DNA of 64,000 nt from an uncultured Calditrichaceae bacterium (GTDB lineage: Bacteria > Zhuqueibacterota > Zhuqueibacteria > Oceanimicrobiales > Oceanimicrobiaceae). Of this stretch, positions 18,892 to 28,178 are shown piece after piece. Every line of letters starts with the position of its first letter. Position 1 is the first letter of the stretch. A model generated the notes under the pieces. The model was not told the DNA's origin and searched no databases. It saw only the letters and a list, made by a program, of their open reading frames with translations. Made by a program: the position numbers and the translations under genes. Location: the NCBI GenBank assembly GCA_964455375.1, contig CAYVXE010000011.1, positions 2,255 to 66,254 on the forward strand, read 5' to 3'.

Positions 18892-20019
18892 TTGGATAAG
18901 TCCATGAACAAAACATCTGACGTTGTTATTATTGGTGCAGGAATCATCGGGAGTTCCATTGCTTACAGACTTGCGAGCAAGGGACAGAACGTTGCGGTCA
19001 TCGATAAAGGCCATCCCGGTAGAGAAGCCACCTGGGCAGCGGCAGGAATGCTGGCACCACACACCGAGATTGCCCATAGCGTTCCCGATGTTCTGCTCAA
19101 CCTATTTGAAAAAAGTTATGATCTTTTTCCTGAATTCATTGAAGAAATCAGAGACGCCTCCGGATTGAAAATTGGTTACCAAACGAAGGGAAGTATTTTA
19201 ACCGCAAGTGACTTTCAGGAGGCAAAACTACTTTCCGGTCTGTTCGAGAAACTCGCGACGAGAGGCGTAAAAGTTGAAGAATTGGGAACACATGAATTGC
19301 AAAAAACGGAACCTGAGTTGGCTCATTCCGTAGAAACTGCTTTATTTTTACCTGAAGAACATTACGTGAACAATCGCGAACTCCTTCGGGCAGTCGTAAA
19401 AGCCGGACAAAATAAAGGCGTCACCTTTATCAACGATACCCCAGTAACCGGTTTCGATTTTGATAGAAAACACGTGCAGGCCATCCATCTGCCAGATAGA
19501 GATCTTTTTGCTGAAACATACATCAATTGTGCCGGCAGTTGGGCAGGACTGATCGACGCAACAAATGCAATTAAAATTCCGGTTCGTCCCATTCGCGGGC
19601 AAATTATTCAACTGCAACTCAACCCACAAAAATTAAACCACCTGATTCATTCATCCTCCGTTTACCTGGTACCCTGGCCGGATGGACGCACACTTGTAGG
19701 CGCTACCATGGAAAACGTGGGTTTTGACAAAACAAATACGGCCGGCGGATTCCGACATTTAATAGATGCGGCGCTTAACCTCATCCCGTCATTGCAGCAG
19801 GCGCAAGTGAAAGATTTTTGGGCCGGTTTGCGCCCGGACACACCGGATAATTTACCGCTTCTCGGCAAAACATCGTTTGACAACTATTTCATCGCTGCCG
19901 GTCATTTCCGCAACGGCATTTTGCTGACACCCATCACGGCGAAACTGATGTCCGAACTGATTTTTACCGGGAAACCGAGTATTTGTCTCGACCCATTTGA
20001 CCCCTTGCGGTTCAAGTAA
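18892..20019 (+). CDS. FAD-dependent oxidoreductase of the DAO family (glycine oxidase ThiO-like)
   Basis: An N-terminal GxGxxG motif (VVIIGAGIIGSSIAY) and ATWAAAGML motif are present. The length (375 aa) and a C-terminal HFRNGILL pattern are typical of ThiO/D-amino-acid oxidase. Confidence 0.7.
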   Translation: MDKSMNKTSDVVIIGAGIIGSSIAYRLASKGQNVAVIDKGHPGREATWAAAGMLAPHTEIAHSVPDVLLNLFEKSYDLFPEFIEEIRDASGLKIGYQTKGSILTASDFQEAKLLSGLFEKLATRGVKVEELGTHELQKTEPELAHSVETALFLPEEHYVNNRELLRAVVKAGQNKGVTFINDTPVTGFDFDRKHVQAIHLPDRDLFAETYINCAGSWAGLIDATNAIKIPVRPIRGQIIQLQLNPQKLNHLIHSSSVYLVPWPDGRTLVGATMENVGFDKTNTAGGFRHLIDAALNLIPSLQQAQVKDFWAGLRPDTPDNLPLLGKTSFDNYFIAAGHFRNGILLTPITAKLMSELIFTGKPSICLDPFDPLRFK

Positions 20020-20361
20020 ACTAACCTCTAAAACAATATTCCGTATTGACGTCACACAGAACGACCTGCTTTCTTAAAAACTGACCTTCAATCCTACATT
20101 CGTATTTGAGAAATATGGGTGTATCGTTTGCTGTTTTGTTTTTACCCCGCACCAATTAACAATTGTGTTGCCCACCCAATAATCGACAATTCCACCGGCA
20201 ATGACATCTGCTCCCCCAGTGATTCCTACTATCGATTCTTTGGATGGCAACTGACTCAGTCAATGTGTAAACGGGAATTTTCACGCACCAGTATTCATAT
20301 TGTTTGGCGATTGAGTTCATCATCGCCAAAGCACAGATTGCACGGCCAGAGAGAAATGAAT

Positions 20362-20404
20362 TTGAATAAATTAAAAAAATAGGGAAAGCCATATGGCTTT
20401 CCCT
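20362..20404 (-). terminator. Rho-independent terminator of lipoprotein gene A
   Basis: The perfect stem AGGGAAAGCC-atat-GGCTTTCCCT is followed on the minus strand by a T-run (ATTTTTTTAATTTATT). It sits between convergent genes. Confidence 0.55.
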
Positions 20405-20450
20405 AACAAGGTCGATATGATTTATTGGAGGACGTTCCCCGACCTTGCGT

Positions 20451-21212
20451 TTACATTTTTTCTTCTACTTCTACATACTTTGCCAAATTTGCCTCGAAAG
20501 CAGCGAGCAAAGCTGTATTGGAAACATTGTCCACGATGATTTCTCCATTGCTAACCTGAGCGCTGCCAAAATCAACATTATTAAACATACCTGTCAAATC
20601 GAACGTCACAACCACAGGTACTGTTGAATTAGCTGCAACCGTAATACCACCGCCTGCAATGCGGATCTGAATTTCCTGAGCAAATGTTGATTTTATCGTC
20701 ATGGGAATGGCTGTTCCGTTAACAGGTATAAATTCCCCGCTGATAACAATCGTCTTGCCATCAAACGGTGGCGCGCTATTGAGCATGAACGTAAAGTCGA
20801 CTTTCTTAAATGTACCGGGATAAACTGCAACCGAATCAATAAAGGTTTCTCCATTGCTGATGTCGATACTAAAGGGCCCGGTGACGGCAATATCAGGCGC
20901 TTCTTGTTCATTGTCTGACCCACCGGAATCATTATCTTCGTGTTGCCCCTGCTGCTCGTTTTCAACGCCGGAATTCTCTTCGATGCGATATTTCTCGATA
21001 TTTAACAGGGCAAATTGCACATTTACAGAGCCGCCCGGTACCGGGATATCGCTCATACTGGAAGTTGAATGCAGTTTTGCTTTCGCTTTCATTAGAACCA
21101 CGCTGTTTTTCTGAAGAGATGTTGATGCAGATGGATTTTTGCCACAATACGTGACCAGAATGAGCAACATCAGGCTCAAAAGGCCAATTGAGTAATGCAT
21201 GATTCGTTTCAT
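20451..21212 (-). CDS. Lipoprotein, paralog A (DUF4382-like, uncertain)
   Basis: A signal peptide with lipobox (LVTYCGK) is followed by a Gln/Asp/Gly-rich linker and a beta-rich C-terminal domain. It is a paralog of 23431-24228, with about 75% amino-acid identity in the C-terminal half. Confidence 0.7.
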   Translation of the reverse strand: MKRIMHYSIGLLSLMLLILVTYCGKNPSASTSLQKNSVVLMKAKAKLHSTSSMSDIPVPGGSVNVQFALLNIEKYRIEENSGVENEQQGQHEDNDSGGSDNEQEAPDIAVTGPFSIDISNGETFIDSVAVYPGTFKKVDFTFMLNSAPPFDGKTIVISGEFIPVNGTAIPMTIKSTFAQEIQIRIAGGGITVAANSTVPVVVTFDLTGMFNNVDFGSAQVSNGEIIVDNVSNTALLAAFEANLAKYVEVEEKM

Positions 21213-21662
21213 GATAAACTCCTTTTGATTTGTTATTGTTAGCCAGAAATTGGCAGTTTAAACGTTACCAAGCTTATGCACTTAATTTTTTAATATTATC
21301 CATTTTATATTTATTCAATTTCTATGCCAGAATCATCAACTTATGTACTAATTATTAATTTATATACAGTTAAGACAATTCAGAAATAACCAATCCATTA
21401 TCGGAGTTTAAGAAAATGGCAAATATTTGACATAGGGCATGATATTATAATTTGTTTAATCGTATAATTATAATAAATTTAAAGGATGTCAAAAACTTGT
21501 TGCAGATACCGGCGAATTTTTTACACCTATCAGTGCACTAATTATTTTCTCACACAATATCGATTGTACCCGTGAGCGTTTCGGCAAGCGTACACCATTC
21601 CTGATCGGGAATGCCTCCATATATGCTTAAAATTCTGTATATGAGATTGTGTTTGTTCAATT

Positions 21663-22418
21663 CTAATCAATAATGAATTCCATTCTATCTCCTCTAAGGC
21701 TCCTGGGATCTGAAACTAAAACATTTTCCTGGAGCTTCTTCAGATTGTATAAATCATAAAAGTCGTTCGGATATAAACTGGGCACTTGTTGTAAACGGCT
21801 CGAACTATATACTCTAAATAATGGATGTTCCTCAATGTCGATCCCTTCCAACCGGCTCTTTTCTTGCTTAGTATAGTCAGTACTGCCCGATCCCCGTCTG
21901 TTCACTACCAAGAGATATTTTGCATTAATGTTGTTAAGAATTAACTCCAGTAAGAGACCAACTTCTTTGTTCAATAAATGACCGAAAACGTCTAAACACA
22001 ACACTAAATCTACCTTCGTTAACGATATCAATTTTTGTTCTTCGGATCTACAGATATCGAGACACTGAAAAGAAACATGTTGGTTCTGAAATTGCTTTTT
22101 GTTGTTCTTGATTAACTCACTCACAATGTCTACACCATGATAACGGTCTATAATAGGCATAATTTCTTTCATCCAATGAAAGTCGCCACAACCCAAATCC
22201 AAGATACTTGAAATATTATGATTTATAATAATATTTTTTATGATTTCGATCTTTTGATTTGCAAATTCACCTTCGGAGCCTGGTCCGCTCCTTGATAATT
22301 CACCTTCCCAACAATTATATCTATATACTCGTTCAAAATAGTCCCTAGGTTCAATAAACTGGTTCGCTTTTACCATCCAGCGAAACAGTCGTAACGGAAG
22401 AGTTGTAATATTTTTCAC
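21663..22418 (-). CDS. Class I SAM-dependent methyltransferase
   Basis: Motif I is ILDLGCGDFHW. Motif II-like VDLVLCLDVFGHL and the length (251 aa) fit a small-molecule or protein methyltransferase. Confidence 0.6.
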   Translation of the reverse strand: MKNITTLPLRLFRWMVKANQFIEPRDYFERVYRYNCWEGELSRSGPGSEGEFANQKIEIIKNIIINHNISSILDLGCGDFHWMKEIMPIIDRYHGVDIVSELIKNNKKQFQNQHVSFQCLDICRSEEQKLISLTKVDLVLCLDVFGHLLNKEVGLLLELILNNINAKYLLVVNRRGSGSTDYTKQEKSRLEGIDIEEHPLFRVYSSSRLQQVPSLYPNDFYDLYNLKKLQENVLVSDPRSLRGDRMEFIID

Positions 22419-22496
22419 GTTTGTTCTCCTTATATATTTTTAACTACCGCCTGCCGTTTTTGAGTTTAGTCAAAACAAAATTCCTCTTAGACAATT

Positions 22497-23168
22497 TTAG
22501 TTTTCCAATATCGCAATTGTTTGTCTTCCGCTAACCAATATTTCATAATTATCTTCTTGCAACGCAGGAATCAGTAATCGACCTTTTCCGCCACCGCCGA
22601 TATCCGTATCATCAATTGAAATGATATTTGTTTTATTTAGCTTGCTTTTTGCCGTTTCGTAGGCTATTAGATGCTTTTCCGCATAATCAATGCCAGGTTT
22701 TACATCCCATGCATCAAGAAAAAGAAGATCTATGGCTTCGTCGAATTCCTGAAGAAATTTGATGCCATCTGAACGAATGACTCTGGTATTTTCAAATTTT
22801 CTGCAACTCCACTTAGCTATTAAAACTGATTTCCAGCTAATATCGACAGATACAACATTGGCTGCTGAAGTACTCCAGTAATAGGTTGAATGGCCGTCAT
22901 TACAACAACTAGGATGAAATTCGGAAATGGGGTGAATTAATGGCTTTCGCATACACCCCAATTCGACTATCCTTCTACCTCCAATAGCATCAAAAAGCCG
23001 GAGTGTTGCTTCCAGATATTTTTGGGGTTTAGCTCTTTCGTAAAGTTGCTGGTCATGCGGTAAAACTATGTCCGAATAAACTTTCTCATAAAGATTGAGT
23101 GTTGATATTTTCCTTTTTATTTCCTCTTTGTTTTCCATTTTTCGCTCCAAATATTCCGTATCAACCAC
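22497..23168 (-). CDS. Class I SAM-dependent methyltransferase (O-methyltransferase family 3-like)
   Basis: IVELGC (motif I) and DLLFLDAWD (resembling DLVFIDADK of catechol-OMT-type enzymes) are present. 223 aa. Confidence 0.5.
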   Translation of the reverse strand: MVDTEYLERKMENKEEIKRKISTLNLYEKVYSDIVLPHDQQLYERAKPQKYLEATLRLFDAIGGRRIVELGCMRKPLIHPISEFHPSCCNDGHSTYYWSTSAANVVSVDISWKSVLIAKWSCRKFENTRVIRSDGIKFLQEFDEAIDLLFLDAWDVKPGIDYAEKHLIAYETAKSKLNKTNIISIDDTDIGGGGKGRLLIPALQEDNYEILVSGRQTIAILEN

Positions 23169-23330
23169 CTCGATTATTGTTTCTTAGAACCTCGAATTCA
23201 AATGAATTGTTTATAAAATGCTTGAAAGGTGGAAATCATAATTCTCAAAAACATTCCTTAAATGCGCCTGTTAGATAAGTGTCTGAAAACCTGTGACGAA
23301 GTAAAACTCTGAAAGATGACGTTAAAATAC

Positions 23331-23377
23331 TTTTCAAAACAAACCTATATGGGGGGAAGCACAGTGCCTCCCCCCCA
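23331..23377 (-). terminator. Putative terminator of lipoprotein gene B
   Basis: The stem GGGGGGAAGCAC-a-GTGCCTCCCCCC (one mismatch) is followed on the minus strand by a T-rich tract. Confidence 0.4.
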
Positions 23378-23430
23378 AGGTCAGGGTTCGTGGTTTCAGA
23401 AGTAGTGAAGGTTATACCGACCCTGAAATT

Positions 23431-24228
23431 TTACATTTTTTCTTCAACTTCTACATATTTTGTCAGATTGGTTTCGAAAACAGTGAGCAAAGCTGCATTG
23501 GAAACATTATCCACGATGATTTCACCATTCTTAACCTGAGCACTTCCAAAATCAACATTATTAAACATGCCTGCCAAATCAAACGTCACCACCACGGGTA
23601 CTATTGAATTATCTGCAACCGTAATGCCGCCTCCTGCAATGCGAGTCTGAATTTCCTTAGCAAATTCGGATTTTATTGTCACTGCAATTGCGGCACCATT
23701 TGTAGGTACAAATTCTCCGTTGATAATGATCGTCGAACCATTGAACGGAGGTGAGGTGTTGGGTATTAAAGTAAAATTAACCTTCTTGAATGTTCCCGGA
23801 TATGCAGCAACCGAATCAAGAAAAACTTCATTACTGCTAATATCGATGCTAAATGGTCCCGTAATTATGATATCAGGTGTGTCGTTTTCTGCGCCAGGAC
23901 TATCCTTTTTTTCTGACGATCCTTTATCATTGTCATTGGCACCCCCCTGTTGTTGTCCATCAAAACCGGTATTCTCTTCGATTCGAAATTTTTCAATGTT
24001 TAACAAAGCAGATTGAACGTTGAGAGAGCCACCAGGTACCGGAAAAGCACTCATACTTGAAGCTGAACTCAGCTTCGCTGCAGCCTTCATCACAATCATG
24101 CTGGTTTTTTGTAAAGACGTGAAGGATAAAGGTGGGGAAGATGTTGGACTCTTTTTTCCACAACTTACGACCAAAATGAGCAAACTTACGCTCACAAGTT
24201 GAACTGAATACTGCATGATTCGTTTCAT
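23431..24228 (-). CDS. Lipoprotein, paralog B
   Basis: A signal peptide with lipobox (LVVSCGK) is present. The architecture matches 20451-21212, and the two are about 80% identical over about 480 nt. Confidence 0.7.
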   Translation of the reverse strand: MKRIMQYSVQLVSVSLLILVVSCGKKSPTSSPPLSFTSLQKTSMIVMKAAAKLSSASSMSAFPVPGGSLNVQSALLNIEKFRIEENTGFDGQQQGGANDNDKGSSEKKDSPGAENDTPDIIITGPFSIDISSNEVFLDSVAAYPGTFKKVNFTLIPNTSPPFNGSTIIINGEFVPTNGAAIAVTIKSEFAKEIQTRIAGGGITVADNSIVPVVVTFDLAGMFNNVDFGSAQVKNGEIIVDNVSNAALLTVFETNLTKYVEVEEKM

Positions 24229-24760
24229 GATAAACTCCTTTCAAGTTATTAGTTTGAACTATTAGATAACTGATTGCCAGAATAATCACTCAAATAATAT
24301 GCCAAAATTTAAAAGCTATATTAAAAGAGCCATAATTTCTTATATTATAGATAGTTACTGCAGATAACGAACAACATTTATTATCTTAAATTTGCGGAAC
24401 TGACAAATATTTACCACTCACGGTATTGATAATGGCGTCATATTTATTTAATTATTAAGGACTTATAGTTTGTCAAAAATATGAGAGCAAATAGTTAACT
24501 TTTTGACGGAATACTTTATTAGTAGACTCTAAAAAATAAATATGTCTTTGTGGATGAGGAAGAAACTAATTTTGGGGAGAAGGATTCGTTAGGGCAACTT
24601 AGGGGTTATGCAGTTAGAAGGTCAATTCGTATTTGTTCATAGACTGCAATTACTAAAAAAACAAATATCACATACAGGTCATTTGTAGGTATGAGCGTAT
24701 TTTGCATGGTTGTGGAAAACTTGTCCAGCACCGTATTATTTATAATCAACATCCTGTTTC

Positions 24761-25351
24761 TCAATGGCGCCACACCCTTTTGTAAATTGAAAATGCAATT
24801 AAGACGACGACGCAAACCAATGTTATTCCCCCAATATGCCGATATATCCGTTGCAAGATAGCTGCCCAATTTCCCCCTAGATAATACCCCAATACCACAA
24901 AAGTGGCAGACCAAAGCAACGCTCCGAAGTAAGCGAACAGTGCGAACACCGGCAAAGCAAGTTTGACGGAGCCGGCGCCGATTGCGGTCAAGTGGCGCAA
25001 GCCGGGCACAAAGTAGCCAATTGTGAGTAGCCATTTCCCACCACGTCGAAACCACGATTCCATGTTGGAGAGCTTTTTTTCCTGCACATGCAGAAATCCG
25101 CCGTATTTGCGGATAAATCGTGACCCGGGATAGCGGCCAATAAAGTAACTCGTTGTTATACCACAGCAACTACCGAGAAAAGCGGCCGCAATGGTGGCAG
25201 CAAAGTTCAAATCTCCTTTACTAACCAAATAACCCGAAAAGGCCAACAACGTTTCATCCGGAACAGGTAGCCCTACAATTCCAAAAATTAGCAAGGAAAA
25301 AATCGCGACATATCCGTATTGACCAATCCAGCTAAAGACTAAATCATGCAT
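24761..25351 (-). CDS. DedA/SNARE-associated (VTT-domain) membrane protein
   Basis: Carries the motif VGLPVPDETLLAFSGYLVSKG...FIGRYPG that is characteristic of the DedA family. There are 5 TM segments. Confidence 0.8.
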   Translation of the reverse strand: MHDLVFSWIGQYGYVAIFSLLIFGIVGLPVPDETLLAFSGYLVSKGDLNFAATIAAAFLGSCCGITTSYFIGRYPGSRFIRKYGGFLHVQEKKLSNMESWFRRGGKWLLTIGYFVPGLRHLTAIGAGSVKLALPVFALFAYFGALLWSATFVVLGYYLGGNWAAILQRIYRHIGGITLVCVVVLIAFSIYKRVWRH

Positions 25352-25681
25352 GCTTCAATATTTTCCTGAAGACCTCCCGGTTCATTTGAGAACGTTTTCA
25401 GATAGTTTTTATTCTTTACCTTGTAAAAATATTTTTTGGGGAGACTAAATGACCATATAGAGCAATAGAGATAATTGTAAATCAAGAAGCCTATTTGGGT
25501 TGAAAATCGGCTAAACTGCGGGCAATTCATCCCTACTTATCCTCCTCCAGAGTTTTGTTGATCGTTTCTAAGCGTGCGAGCGATGCGCATGCGATGGTTA
25601 GAAAACGCATACCACAAAAAATGGACCCGGACAGCATTGTGGGATTGAATAAATCCCTGTAAATCATTTCTTTGAAAATAG

Positions 25682-26413
25682 TCACTTTGGGCTTTTCGTC
25701 TTAAAATAATGTTCAAGTAAATCCACCAGATCGAGATCGACTTGAGCCGCAAAAGCCGCCATGTCAAGATTCTTTTTGGCCGCTGCCTGTTCCATGCCTT
25801 CGATCGCAGTGTTCATCACGTCATGTAGTCCCTTTTCTTTTACCTTGGCTTGAATAGCATCCCAGAAGCCGCGCGCTTCTGTCACGGTATTGGTCATGGC
25901 GCCAAAATCAGGGCTTTTCGCATTGGCGAGAACGTTGAGCTTAAAGCCTGCATAATCCAGGAGCGATACCTCAACGGGAACTATGAGGGTCGTTTTGTCA
26001 AGGGATGATATTAACAATCGATATGTTTCTGCCGCATGTAGCGCTACAGTCGTGTTATCCGAAGATGCAATCCCTTGCCGAATGGCTTGAAGGTGAGAAT
26101 CAAAGCTTGCCAGCATCTCGGAAGATAGCGTTTGCTTGATGTTTTTTACCTGGGAGCGGATTTTGTCATAAGTGGCCTGAATATTGTCCTGGTCTCCTGC
26201 CTCCGCAAAATCAATCAGATCTTCAAACGGAGATGCAGCGGCAAGAAGAGTTTCATTGTGGCCGCTGCTTTGCGGTGCATTCGAACCTGTGGATTCTTGC
26301 TGCTGTTGCTGCGACATCTCCGACACACTTTTAGAGCCACAGCTCAGCATAAATAAACTTGAGAAACTCAAAAAAATGAGCATGACAAAATAGATTTTTG
26401 ATTGACTTAACAT
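25682..26413 (-). CDS. Hypothetical lipoprotein (all-alpha, Gln-rich linker)
   Basis: A signal peptide plus LSCGSK lipobox is followed by a poly-Q stretch. I found no catalytic motif. Confidence 0.45.
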   Translation of the reverse strand: MLSQSKIYFVMLIFLSFSSLFMLSCGSKSVSEMSQQQQQESTGSNAPQSSGHNETLLAAASPFEDLIDFAEAGDQDNIQATYDKIRSQVKNIKQTLSSEMLASFDSHLQAIRQGIASSDNTTVALHAAETYRLLISSLDKTTLIVPVEVSLLDYAGFKLNVLANAKSPDFGAMTNTVTEARGFWDAIQAKVKEKGLHDVMNTAIEGMEQAAAKKNLDMAAFAAQVDLDLVDLLEHYFKTKSPK

Positions 26414-26616
26414 AATACACTCTCCTAATATTAGTAAACAAAAGTAACTGTCGCGATTCTTTAGAGAAATGATTCACAAAACACTTGCAGACTGGCATCT
26501 CCCGTATCAGAGCTGAAAACCCTGCTTAGAAATTTTCCATGGAAGACTGAAAAGCAAAACAGCCAGCACTATCTGCCACTTAGATGATTCAAACCTCTCA
26601 TGAGTCTCCCAATGCC

Positions 26617-27276
26617 CTATTGGAAGTCAAAAAACGACACATACGCAACGCCTTCTCCCCAATAAAGTGTGACTTTGTAGGTATAGCACATGTTTATGTT
26701 TTCGAAAAGAACGTCAATACCAGAAAATCTTCTCACTCTCAGGTCATAAATGCAATTATCTTCCCTGGGAGTAAACGAGATGTAAGCTTCATCACCATCA
26801 CTCAATACGACAGTCCCAAGAATATTTAAAGACCACAAATCAGTATTTGTATCTGAAACATACATTTCATCAAAAGTAAAACCTGTCTGATTCTCAATGA
26901 TGATATTCTGTTTTAGGTAAGCCGTATTATCTTCAAAATAAAGAGTGACGTTAAGCAAATGGCACAAATTGAGTTTATTGAATATGATGCTGTCTCCGTT
27001 TACCTTTACCGTTTTTAAGTCGTACTCGCAAACATTTTTGCTCTGTGGAGTAAACGTAAGAACCTCGTGCTCATCCTTTTTGAATACGCCAGTAACCAGG
27101 ATATTGTTGCTCCATTGCTTGCGGCCAGAGGGTGAAATTTGCACCGAGACAATATCCACTTTCGTTTTGTTCACAAGTTGAATAATTTTTTTGACGGTGG
27201 TTTCCTTTGCAAAAACACCGTTGCCTGCAAATAGTCCCAGGACAAAAATAGAGATGGAAAGAGTGAAGTGTCGCAT
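26617..27276 (-). CDS. Secreted protein with internally duplicated Cys-pair domain
   Basis: A signal peptide is followed by two homologous repeats of about 85 aa (NVCEYDLKTVKVNGDSIIFNKLNLCH...TLYF and NCIYDLRVRRFSGIDVLFENINMCY...TLYW). Confidence 0.45.
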   Translation of the reverse strand: MRHFTLSISIFVLGLFAGNGVFAKETTVKKIIQLVNKTKVDIVSVQISPSGRKQWSNNILVTGVFKKDEHEVLTFTPQSKNVCEYDLKTVKVNGDSIIFNKLNLCHLLNVTLYFEDNTAYLKQNIIIENQTGFTFDEMYVSDTNTDLWSLNILGTVVLSDGDEAYISFTPREDNCIYDLRVRRFSGIDVLFENINMCYTYKVTLYWGEGVAYVSFFDFQ

Positions 27277-27311
27277 GCTTTTACCTCCATTTAATTATTA
27301 TATCGATTTGA

Positions 27312-28178
27312 TTATTTGTGCCGGGAATCATGATTTTGAACCTGCTGTTTAACGAGCACTGCCTCCATTTTCAGGCCAAAAATAAAATCAACTACATTTG
27401 CGGGCTCTCCGTCAATTGGGACTTGAAGAAAAACGCCGGGCTTAAATTTCTTCGTAATTAGTTGGCCGCCCAACAAAAAAGAATGGTTCACCCGTTGCCC
27501 AAAATTCAGAAAGTCTGATGTAATACTCACAAGTCCTAAGAGTTCCCCCCAAACCGCAAACTTTTTAGAATGAAAGCCGCCCGATAAGCCGTAATGCGAA
27601 AAAAGTTCAACGGTCTGACCGTTTCCTGCGGTAGGAATAAACAATTGTGGCCCGAGTTCCAACCCCAAAAAAAGTTTACCGCTTTGGAATTTCTGAAGAC
27701 CATAATTGGCATAGAGCGTTAGTGTATTCGGCAGTGATTTCTGTGGCTCGTACAAATTGGCAAATAATCCAATAAATGTCGCCCTGGTAATTCTTTCGGA
27801 TGTGGTTGGCAGAAAAACGCCAAAAGAAAATGTCGAACGAAGGCTCGAAACAGATTCTGAACGCATCTGCAATCCAAGATATAAATTGCCGGGGCCGCTT
27901 TCTACTTCTTTGCCGTTGGAAGTTTTTATGGTGAAGGGTAAACTAGTCAGAACGTTAATCCGTTCCGAGAGAGGAAAGTTTAGATATACTTCGTAGTCTC
28001 CCGCTAACGTTGACAGATTAGCCGGGTAATCGACGCCATATCGGGGCCGGAGGTATCGTAATCCGGTAGTGACTTCGTTATCCGGATGTTTTTGCATAAT
28101 AAAGGTTTGGGAATAACAGAGATGAGAATAAAATAAAATGAATGGCAGAAGAAGTAGTGGTAAATACTTCGGCTTCAT
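27312..28178 (-). CDS. Putative outer-membrane beta-barrel protein, fourth gene of RND efflux operon
   Basis: A signal peptide is followed by alternating hydrophobic beta-strand periodicity. Its start codon overlaps the RND permease stop (ATGA). Confidence 0.45.
   Translation of the reverse strand: MKPKYLPLLLLPFILFYSHLCYSQTFIMQKHPDNEVTTGLRYLRPRYGVDYPANLSTLAGDYEVYLNFPLSERINVLTSLPFTIKTSNGKEVESGPGNLYLGLQMRSESVSSLRSTFSFGVFLPTTSERITRATFIGLFANLYEPQKSLPNTLTLYANYGLQKFQSGKLFLGLELGPQLFIPTAGNGQTVELFSHYGLSGGFHSKKFAVWGELLGLVSITSDFLNFGQRVNHSFLLGGQLITKKFKPGVFLQVPIDGEPANVVDFIFGLKMEAVLVKQQVQNHDSRHK

Noticed and set aside
18434-18959. 89-aa and 81-aa minus-strand ORFs in the cydA-thiO intergenic region.
   Set aside because: They span the two perfect palindromes and the divergent promoter region. 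Their translations are low-complexity, so the region is more likely regulatory or structured DNA.
20119-20392. Overlapping 87-aa (plus) and 78-aa (minus) ORFs between thiO and lipoprotein A.
   Set aside because: They are mutually antisense and their Cys/His-rich translations lack any domain pattern. The region contains the terminator hairpin.
21420-21450. TTGACA...TATAAT-like plus-strand promoter in the AT-rich region upstream of lipoprotein A.
   Set aside because: The spacing is 13 nt, which is too short, and there is no plus-strand gene downstream. Such matches are expected by chance in DNA this AT-rich.
24606-25169. A 187-aa ORF antisense to dedA.
   Set aside because: It is entirely nested within the well-supported DedA gene on the same strand region, which is an artefact of open antisense frames.
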